Virus record (IMG/VR): IMGVR_UViG_3300036939_000084
Location: 33,261-97,260 of that record
Length of the DNA stretch: 64,000 nucleotides
Strand: one strand, 5' to 3'
DNA from: a virus
Shown: piece by piece, positions 57,327-64,000 of the stretch
Layout: each line of letters opens with the position of its first letter
How positions within the stretch are numbered: the first letter of the stretch is position 1
Program-made: the position numbers and the translations under genes
The notes under the pieces: model-generated
Told to the model about the DNA's origin: nothing
Seen by the model: only the letters and a program-made list of their open reading frames with translations
Database searches by the model: none

Positions 57327-59666
57327 TCACAAAAGAACGGGTTCAGCGACTCGTTCTAGGAAATTCGCCAAGGCTGCCGATACACGCACCCAGTAGTCGT
57401 TCAGTGTCTCACCAAAGGCTGCACCAATCTGTTCAGCTTTGGTGAAAAGGGAAATGGCTTCATCCTCGGACGCGATCGCCCCCTTCTCTAAATCTTCCAA
57501 GTATTGGTTCAGAAACTCTTCGGGCTGAGGTGCTTGAGATAGAAGATTTAGGCTACTGAGGTCAAATGAACAGAGGCGATCGCGTTCCTGCTCTGGCAAC
57601 CGTTCCCAAACCTCTTGCACCACGCCAGCATACTGCTTAGCAATGCTTTCGATATCCCTTTGACCTTTCGCATTTTGCAATTTGCGAAAGCACAGTCCCA
57701 TTAGTTGACCCCGTTTCTCGTCAACAGGGGAAGGCTTATGCAAGGGTAAGGGGGCAACGGGGATTGATTGAACAACCACTGGCTCAACGATGGGTTCTGC
57801 AATCATCTCTACCTGGGGTTGTAATTCAACAACAGGTGCCTCAACGATAGGTTCCTGATAATAAAGGTTTAATATGGACTCTCCTGGAACGGGATTCCAG
57901 CTTCTCAGTCGGTCAATCTCGGCACAAGCCTCACGGTTTTGAGCATCATAGTATTCTCGATCTTTCTCGTTATCACCCGCTTGTGACCAACGTTCCAGGC
58001 AGTACTTGCGTTGTTTATGCAGCTGCTGAATCTGCATATAGTTCAAGCAACGGATTAGAGACTCCTCAACTTCTCGGATAGTTGCCCAATGGGCTTCTAG
58101 TCCGTGCTTCTGGTTGTATGAGGCGATCGCCTCATAGTCTCCACTATGCAAAGAATGAAACAAATCGCGGCAATGGGAGAACGAGATACCTCGCTTTTCC
58201 AGCTCTCCCTTAACAACAGCTTGATACTCCTTGCAATTTTGATAAATGGCTAAAACCGTCAGCTCAGCCGTTTCTAGAACAGAACGCTCAGGCTTGGAAT
58301 GAGTTGGAGTTACGGGTTTGGCTTTTACTTTCCGATTCCAGGCTGCCAACGCTGTTTGCAGACTCGCAATGATGGCATTTGGACTAAATCCACTGCGAGA
58401 AGCTAAGATTCTCGCAGCTTTGTCGCAAGCGGGAACAAATGCAGTAGGGTTGAGTGAAGCGATAATCTCAACCAACTGAGTTGCAGCCTTCTGATAAGCC
58501 TGAGCATCAGATAGGTTTCCTATACAAATTCGGTCAAATTTCCACTCAACCCAACTCAAAGCCTTATCCACCAAAGAACGGTAAGCATCTGCACCATGCT
58601 GAGTTACGAATTCGTCGGCGTCCTTGCCCTCTGGTAAAGAAATAACTTTGAGGTCGATAGAGTCGGTAGCAAGAGGCGTAAGTTCTGCGATCGCCTTATG
58701 GGTTGCATCAATTCCTGCTTTGTCTGAATCCATACCCAACACAACTCGATTAGATTGTGTATATCGGCAGACCTGCTTGATGTGTTGCACAGACAGAGCT
58801 GTTCCCATTACCCCCACCACGTTAGAGATACCCGCCTGGTGGAGACTGATTACATCCAGGTGCCCTTCGACGATGATGGCTTGATCAATAGAGGCGATCG
58901 CGTCTTTTGCCCTATCCAATCCAAACAATACTCGTGCCTTCTGAAAGAGTAACGTTTCAGGCGAGTTGAGGTACTTAGCTTGATCATCTCCCAGGGTTCG
59001 CCCGGTAAAGGCAATAACCACTCCTTTTTCGTCACAGATGGGAATCATTAGGCGGTTGCGGAAGCGATCGTAGTAGCCGCCTGACTCCCGCTTCACAATG
59101 AGACCCGCTCGTTCAATCGAGTCGGGTGAAAAGTTTTTTGAGGTTAGGTGATTGAATAGGCTATCCCAAGAATCTGGCGCGTAGCCCAATTTCCATGTAT
59201 TTGCTGTTTCTGGGGTGATGTGGCGGTGATCGCTCAAATACTGTTTAGCAACTGGAGATAAATTGAGTTGGCGTTGATAGAAAGCCACCGCAGCGTTGTG
59301 GATTTCGCGCAGTTCTTCTAGTAGAGACTTCTCTTTCTGATAGTCGCGACTTGAGTGCTTGTATTCGACAGGGACGTTAAACCGTTCCGCTAGGGCAACA
59401 ATAGCGTCAGCAAATTCATGAGTACTGGTTTTACGGAAGAAGGCGATCGCGTCCCCTCCCTCTCCGCACCCGTGGCAGTGGTACACCCCCTTGGTTGGGT
59501 TCACACTGAAACTGGGGGTAGAGTCATCATGGAACGGGCATCTGCCCATGAACTCGCGACCGGATTTCTTTAAAACGACAGAGTCGGAGATGATTTCGAC
59601 AATATTTTCTGTGGCGACTTGCCGAACCGCTTCGACGGTACTGGGGTGGATGGATGATTTAACCAT
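57327..59666 (-). CDS. dnaG: DNA primase with long C-terminal extension
   Basis: CPFHDDSTPSF..YHCHGCGEGGD, DRFRNRLMIPI, KYLNSPET, VEGHLDVI, MDSDKAG, GKDADE; probable start ATG 59666. Confidence 0.95.
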   Translation of the reverse strand: MVKSSIHPSTVEAVRQVATENIVEIISDSVVLKKSGREFMGRCPFHDDSTPSFSVNPTKGVYHCHGCGEGGDAIAFFRKTSTHEFADAIVALAERFNVPVEYKHSSRDYQKEKSLLEELREIHNAAVAFYQRQLNLSPVAKQYLSDHRHITPETANTWKLGYAPDSWDSLFNHLTSKNFSPDSIERAGLIVKRESGGYYDRFRNRLMIPICDEKGVVIAFTGRTLGDDQAKYLNSPETLLFQKARVLFGLDRAKDAIASIDQAIIVEGHLDVISLHQAGISNVVGVMGTALSVQHIKQVCRYTQSNRVVLGMDSDKAGIDATHKAIAELTPLATDSIDLKVISLPEGKDADEFVTQHGADAYRSLVDKALSWVEWKFDRICIGNLSDAQAYQKAATQLVEIIASLNPTAFVPACDKAARILASRSGFSPNAIIASLQTALAAWNRKVKAKPVTPTHSKPERSVLETAELTVLAIYQNCKEYQAVVKGELEKRGISFSHCRDLFHSLHSGDYEAIASYNQKHGLEAHWATIREVEESLIRCLNYMQIQQLHKQRKYCLERWSQAGDNEKDREYYDAQNREACAEIDRLRSWNPVPGESILNLYYQEPIVEAPVVELQPQVEMIAEPIVEPVVVQSIPVAPLPLHKPSPVDEKRGQLMGLCFRKLQNAKGQRDIESIAKQYAGVVQEVWERLPEQERDRLCSFDLSSLNLLSQAPQPEEFLNQYLEDLEKGAIASEDEAISLFTKAEQIGAAFGETLNDYWVRVSAALANFLERVAEPVLL

Positions 59667-59722
59667 GGCTGACAATAAATGTTTTAGTTGGAAGAATTGT
59701 ACCACTACATGTGGTAAAGAAA

Positions 59723-61105
59723 TTAATCTTGACTTCTTTGCATATTGCGAAAGATTCCACAGGATGGGTCAAAGAGCATTTTTGCTACACCTGTCTCACC
59801 TAGTCTGGCCTTAAGAGCTAGCCACTCAATAATCCCTCGATCTGGAGTATCTGGGTTGTAGTACTCATCTCGGTACATAGCAACAATCGTATCAGCTACC
59901 ATTTCCAAAACCCCAGATTGAGCTAGATCACTCATCATTGGGCGTTTATTAGTCCGCGTCTCCACGGCTCGACTCACTTGGGAAAGGGCAACAACAGCAA
60001 CTCCAAGCTTGCCCGCCATGTTATACAGTCCGCGAGCAATTTTACCTAGCTCGTAGGATCGGTTGTCATCTTCGGTAACTCCCGCCATCATTTGCAGGTA
60101 ATCAACTACGACAACGCCTACTTGACCGTGCTTTCGGATGAGGCTGCGAGTTTCTGACCATATCCCCTGAAGAGAGATGGATCTGTTTTCATTGATGAAA
60201 ATGGGTAGATCAACCGCGACCTCAGCAATTTCGTTGAGCATCTGGCGTTCCCAGTCTTGCAAAGGTTCGATGCGGGAGCGGTGGCGACGGATGCGATCGC
60301 TCTTTAACGTCGAAAACTTGCGATCTTTGTAAGCACTATGCCCACTAATTAACGACCACAGGCGGCACTCTAACTGGACTAACGTCATTTCCAGGGAAAA
60401 ATATACTACTGGTATCTGATGAAGATGGGCAATTTGATGACAAATCGCCAGCGCCCCCTGGGTTTTGCCCATTGATGGACGACCCGCAAGGATGGTAAGG
60501 GTTCCAGGTTCTAATCCACCCAACAGAAAATCCAAGTCATAGAAACCTAGATTGAATATCTTGTTGTCGGCTTCTATGTATTCTTTGGTCTTAGCCACAG
60601 CCTCAGCCTGCGACTTGCTTTTTCTATCGTCAACCTTGGCTACCTCAACGTTGATTTTGCAAACCTGCTCCTGAGACTGATTTACAACCTCTTCCAAAGG
60701 TTTTTCAGTCTCATGAGCCAATTCAGCTATCTCGTTAGCAGCAGCAGTTAACTGCCGACGCACATATCGATCAGCCACTGCGGCAGCCTCGTCTGTGATT
60801 CCACCGATGCAACTACCTAGGTCGGCTAAGGCGTTTAGCTTATCCTCTCCCCCCGCCTCGGCTAAAACCTTATGAGATTTGAGCCAGGTCAAGACTGTTG
60901 TTAGATAAACAGGTCTGCCTAGCCCGTGTAGAGAGTGGGCGGCACGATAAATCTCCTGATGGCTTTCTAAGTAGAACGATTCTGGTTTTAGGATGTCTGC
61001 GACTTTTTCAATCGCCTCTGGATTGACCAATATCTTGCCAAGGATCTTTTCCTCGGCACCTGTGTCTTGGAGAGGGAGTTTTAAATTTTGTTGTTGCTGC
61101 GACAT
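59723..61105 (-). CDS. dnaB: Replicative DNA helicase
   Basis: LAGRPSMGKT, YFSLEM, VVDYLQMM, ALSQVSR, SDLAQSG, KARLGETG. Confidence 0.95.
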   Translation of the reverse strand: MSQQQQNLKLPLQDTGAEEKILGKILVNPEAIEKVADILKPESFYLESHQEIYRAAHSLHGLGRPVYLTTVLTWLKSHKVLAEAGGEDKLNALADLGSCIGGITDEAAAVADRYVRRQLTAAANEIAELAHETEKPLEEVVNQSQEQVCKINVEVAKVDDRKSKSQAEAVAKTKEYIEADNKIFNLGFYDLDFLLGGLEPGTLTILAGRPSMGKTQGALAICHQIAHLHQIPVVYFSLEMTLVQLECRLWSLISGHSAYKDRKFSTLKSDRIRRHRSRIEPLQDWERQMLNEIAEVAVDLPIFINENRSISLQGIWSETRSLIRKHGQVGVVVVDYLQMMAGVTEDDNRSYELGKIARGLYNMAGKLGVAVVALSQVSRAVETRTNKRPMMSDLAQSGVLEMVADTIVAMYRDEYYNPDTPDRGIIEWLALKARLGETGVAKMLFDPSCGIFRNMQRSQD

Positions 61106-61157
61106 GGAACTTTTGCGTAGGGTAACTTTAATCCCGCCAGAGGGGCGGGATGCAGGC

Positions 61158-61403
61158 TTAAGCGAATATGGATTTAATGGCAGTCATCAAACCGACTCGT
61201 TGTTGCGGAATCTTACCGTCATCGATTGCGTTTTTGACGGCGATCGCAGCGATCGTCGCATTCGGAAAATTCTGGGCACTTACTACCGGGCGAAATCCTG
61301 GCTTAAACGCTGTGACTTGGTACCCCTTTATACCCTTCCAGTCTTCGATAGTCGTTGGAGCAATGGTGATGGTGTAGCCTTTGTACTTGAGTGTTTTTTG
61401 CAT
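61158..61403 (-). CDS. Hypothetical protein
   Basis: Has the shared 13-nt leader. Confidence 0.6.
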   Translation of the reverse strand: MQKTLKYKGYTITIAPTTIEDWKGIKGYQVTAFKPGFRPVVSAQNFPNATIAAIAVKNAIDDGKIPQQRVGLMTAIKSIFA

Positions 61404-61610
61404 GGTGACAATAAATGTGAGTGAAACGAAAACCTTATTAAAGGTTTAATAAGGTTAGAGAGTTGAGCTTTCCTGACGCATACTGCTGAGTTCGCGATCG
61501 CAAACCTTTGCTAAGGTATCTAATCCAAGCGAATTGTCAGTACGCAGAAATTCGGCAAGAGCAGCGAGAACCGTGTAGACTAAACTTATAGAAATCTGTG
61601 GTTCAGTCTT

Positions 61611-62810
61611 TCACACTGGATTAACCAGTATCGGCTGCACGGCGCAGCTCACTACTCCCTCAGCGGTGAAGGCTCCTGGGAGATGCTTGCGGATAATCTG
61701 AATACTTCCATTGATGTCCGCATTAATTACACGTCCAGCTCTAGATTTAAACAAACCTCTTTTGACTCGCTTTCCAGCATATTCTGGTTGCTTACAAGGA
61801 GGTTCTAAGTCTAGGGCTGATGTTTTTGAGGTGTAACTTTCCTCTTGGATTACTACCTTGATTCCTGTCAGTTCGCACTTGTAGGTTATCTGGTCGATTA
61901 GCTTGGCATGAGGAATATTGACAAACTTCTGATTGTTTCGCTTGCCCATATTTACTTCTTGCTTCCAGCCATCGTTTTTGCCGATAACCAAAGTGCCAAT
62001 ACCTTGCTGTCTAAGCAGGTCTACAATCAATCGACTGGTGTTGTGCAGGTAGTTTTCAACGAAGCGATTACGGTGATACGTGAGAGTCTGTATTCGTCTG
62101 CTAGTGCGGATTTCGCTCTTGAGATAGCCCTGAAGTTTTGCCTTAAGCTTGTTGTAATATTGATTTCGGCTCTTGAGTGGTCTTCCATTAACCAACAAAG
62201 GTCTGAAGCCTGGTTGGTTTGACGTTAAAGCCACAAGATTGTCTACGCCTAAATCAATACCAGCTATCCATTGCGACTTTATGGATTCAATGTCTGGTAC
62301 ATCGTAAACGATTTCCAAAATGTAGCAATCAGAACTTGGAACAATTCGAGCTTCTGCAATGTTCACTGCTTTGGTAGGAACACTTATATTGCTCATCGAT
62401 AAGTGACAACGTCCCTGTTTCAAGCCAGCCTTGTAGATTGACTCATGATGATAGATGACGATGTTTCGTCCTTTGGTCTTGTCCTTATATCTAGGGATAC
62501 GAGGCTCACTTTTGTATTTATCTGGATGTTTCCTCCAGTCTTTGTGAGCCTCGAAGTAAGACTTCCAACTCTCAACTAGTTTTTTGACTATCTGTTTCGA
62601 GACTTTGGTAGGTAAAGCTCGATAAGATTCTGTGTATTTGACTAAGTGATAGAGAGTTGGAAGTGTATAGCGATTTCCCGTTTCAAAGAAGTGTTGACGG
62701 CAAAAATAATTAGCTGCGTTGTACAGATTTTTTGACTTAAAAGCCAATTCATCTGCCTCCCGCCAGCATGCATGATTTCGGTTTATGACGTGTCTTTCAA
62801 CCAACTTCAT
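61611..62810 (-). CDS. tnpB: IS607 TnpB
   Basis: AGIDLGVDN, QEESYTSK, INADINGS. Confidence 0.92.
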   Translation of the reverse strand: MKLVERHVINRNHACWREADELAFKSKNLYNAANYFCRQHFFETGNRYTLPTLYHLVKYTESYRALPTKVSKQIVKKLVESWKSYFEAHKDWRKHPDKYKSEPRIPRYKDKTKGRNIVIYHHESIYKAGLKQGRCHLSMSNISVPTKAVNIAEARIVPSSDCYILEIVYDVPDIESIKSQWIAGIDLGVDNLVALTSNQPGFRPLLVNGRPLKSRNQYYNKLKAKLQGYLKSEIRTSRRIQTLTYHRNRFVENYLHNTSRLIVDLLRQQGIGTLVIGKNDGWKQEVNMGKRNNQKFVNIPHAKLIDQITYKCELTGIKVVIQEESYTSKTSALDLEPPCKQPEYAGKRVKRGLFKSRAGRVINADINGSIQIIRKHLPGAFTAEGVVSCAVQPILVNPV

Positions 62811-63445
62811 GTCTCGCAGCCCCCGACGACTTTTAGATGACGCTCCTTACGTCTATCAGCCGACCTTTTCCCGTATATCTTTGCCGAGAACGAGGCAAGT
62901 AGCGAAAGCATATCTTCCACTAGCTCTGCCTCGTAAGACTTGGGCAGCACTTCTTCAATCAACTCAATCGATACGCCGTGACTTGAGAAGAATTCTTCGT
63001 AAATTCCGAAGTTAAATCTGGTCAATCGGTCTTTGTGTTCGACCACAACCTTGGTGATTTTTCGCTTGCTCACCAATTGGAACAGTTGTTTTAGTTTTGG
63101 GCGTGTATCCGACATTCCCGAACCTACTTCAACAAGGATGTGGTCAACGTTGTACTTGCGGTTAACGCAATACTCTAGGACTCTAGCTTTTTGCCTGTCT
63201 AAGTCGCCTTTGGTCTTTTGGTCGTGGCTTGAAACCCTTACATAACATACGATGCTCTCCTTTGGCTCCTGTTGTTCTTGTTTGATACCTAGAAGCTGAT
63301 TGATATCAGATTCCTTGTATCTTCGATGACCACCTTGCGTTCTTAGCGCTGGCAACTTTCCACTGGCATCCCATTGTCTAAGTGTCCATTCGGATACATT
63401 GAGCTTCTCAGCTACTTCAGCGATTGTTAACAGCCTTTCTTCCAT
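62807..63445 (-). CDS. tnpA: IS607 TnpA serine recombinase
   Basis: MerR-like HTH plus YVRVSS..DLDRQ, EVGSG, VVVEHKDRLTRF. Confidence 0.95.
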   Translation of the reverse strand: MEERLLTIAEVAEKLNVSEWTLRQWDASGKLPALRTQGGHRRYKESDINQLLGIKQEQQEPKESIVCYVRVSSHDQKTKGDLDRQKARVLEYCVNRKYNVDHILVEVGSGMSDTRPKLKQLFQLVSKRKITKVVVEHKDRLTRFNFGIYEEFFSSHGVSIELIEEVLPKSYEAELVEDMLSLLASFSAKIYGKRSADRRKERHLKVVGGCET

Positions 63446-63617
63446 TGGTCGGAATTAGTAGACGTTTCCAGTGGTCATAGTATTCTTGAAATTCCTCCAC
63501 AGTAGGAACTTCATCCAATTCAACGACGTGCGGAAAGATGCGTCCATCTGAGAGTTCAAACTCTATTTTGGTCACTCTGACAACACGAACTTCGTCTTCA
63601 TGTTTTGGTACTTCCAT
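63417..63617 (-). CDS. Small ORF inside IS607, overlapping the tnpA start
   Basis: VVRVTKIEFELSDGR..PTVEEFQ; lies within the inferred IS ends. Confidence 0.55.
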   Translation of the reverse strand: MEVPKHEDEVRVVRVTKIEFELSDGRIFPHVVELDEVPTVEEFQEYYDHWKRLLIPTNGRKAVNNR

Positions 63618-63717
63618 AGAACCTATGTACTACCACCTTTATCTGAGATTACTACAACTTCTCTAAGATTTCCACAGGTTTGCAGAAAATACTTGAGAGA
63701 ATCTAAAGACCCATAAA

Positions 63718-64000
63718 TTATTCTGTGGGTCGCCTATAACTTTCCAAAAAGGCTTGGATGGAAATCTTGCGTGCTTGAATTTTGCCGTCTACCTTTTCTT
63801 CAAATGCCACTCTCCAAGCGCCGTGGTCTACATCCCAATAAATCTCAGTTGGTTTGGCATACTCAACATATCTAGACCAAGCGTGTTTGTACAAAAAACC
63901 AATTTCAGGCATCTCTTGGAGAAACTGTTTTTTCTCTTTTTTTAGACGCTTAACTGCTTTTGCAAATGTTTCAATTGGCGTTTTGACCTTACCTAAAGAT
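63718..64000 (-). CDS. Hypothetical protein, 5'-partial (frame open to the right edge)
   Basis: No stop in frame between 63999 and 63912. Confidence 0.6.
   Translation of the reverse strand, partial: SLGKVKTPIETFAKAVKRLKKEKKQFLQEMPEIGFLYKHAWSRYVEYAKPTEIYWDVDHGAWRVAFEEKVDGKIQARKISIQAFLESYRRPTE

Larger units (their letters stand above)
4624..57331. promoter_or_regulatory. Family of ~21 extended -10 (TRTGnTAnnnT) early promoters, consensus TGTGATAAAAT
   Basis: + strand: 4624, 5014, 27294, 27901, 31137, 32661, 33145, 33497, 38352, 40130, 48831, 49865, 51379, 51920, 52288; - strand: 10904, 12773, 38180, 42470, 43034, 57321. Most lie 25-125 nt upstream of an ORF and are followed by an AAACAAA-rich leader. 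Confidence 0.8.
11841..57689. repeat. Dispersed 17-bp palindrome TTTYGCAAWTTGCRAAA
   Basis: Good copies at 23994, 29232, 29247, 37769, 48407, 54432, 57673; weaker at 11841, 32199, 34841. Confidence 0.7.
57298..61418 (-). promoter_or_regulatory. Identical 13-nt leader ACATTTATTGTCA just before three start codons
   Basis: Plus-strand tgacaataaatgt at 57298, 59670 and 61406, 2-4 nt from the ATGs of dnaN, dnaG and ORF 61403. Confidence 0.7.
6763..61451. repeat. Dispersed 16-bp near-palindrome TAWTAAA(CC/GG)TTTAWTA, 27 copies
   Basis: Exact: 6763, 8029, 10450, 10922, 12836, 22221, 24041, 27874, 29272, 33477, 33810, 37291, 39156, 41086, 43518, 48348, 48888, 53149, 56144, 57859, 61436; near-exact: 18195, 20073, 28318, 38206, 40764, 53440. 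Confidence 0.95.
61571..63712 (-). mobile_element. IS607-family element (small ORF, tnpA serine recombinase, tnpB)
   Basis: GG at both junctions; removing it restores a 40-codon ORF (ATG GTT CTC GCT...). Confidence 0.85.

Noticed and set aside
61431-61456. 26-bp palindrome as a protelomerase telRL or Xer/dif site
   Set aside because: It is an extended copy of the 27-member motif; the 2-bp centre does not fit the 6-bp dif spacer, and no protelomerase is in the window
59723-63712. Intein in DnaB or group I intron (IStron) in IS607
   Set aside because: DnaB is normal length with contiguous motifs, and the IS leaves no room or recognisable core for an intron
868-63945. Most short antisense or nested ORFs in the six-frame track
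   Set aside because: They overlap well-supported genes on the other strand or frame and lack motifs, promoters or RBS
1-64000. tRNA or rRNA genes
   Set aside because: No cloverleaf or rRNA-like sequence recognised by eye; a tRNAscan run would be needed to exclude them fully

Overview
The whole 64 kb looks like part of a large temperate, contractile-tailed phage-plasmid of a cyanobacterium (many HIP1 GCGATCGC octamers). Both edges cut through ORFs. No terminase, portal, sheath, tape measure, integrase or DNA polymerase is visible in the window. Modules: baseplate, tail-fibre and virion hydrolase genes (about 1-24 kb); lysis (28.4-30.6 kb); head genes (protease-scaffold, major capsid, head-tail adaptor; 34-40 kb); ParA plus a small partner (45.5-46.6 kb); and a replication block (DnaB, DnaG, DnaN-like clamp, Gp3-like recombination protein, C5 methyltransferase; 53-61 kb). 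Three TnpB elements are present (two IS200/IS605-type, one IS607). About 20 small single-gene cassettes are scattered among these modules, each with an extended -10 promoter (TGTGATAAAAT) and often bounded by HIP1-built hairpins. The most notable signals are: (1) three paralogous overlapping gene pairs encoding a J-domain (HPD) protein plus a PD-(D/E)xK-like nuclease; (2) a DUF1874/AcrIII-1-like ring-nuclease candidate followed directly by a well-formed type II hammerhead ribozyme; (3) 27 copies of a 16-bp near-palindrome TAWTAAA(CC/GG)TTTAWTA, plus a second dispersed 17-bp palindrome; (4) signs of HIP1-anchored cassette shuffling; (5) nonsense, frameshift and IS lesions confined to accessory genes. 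All family assignments are motif recognition by eye, and no searches were run.
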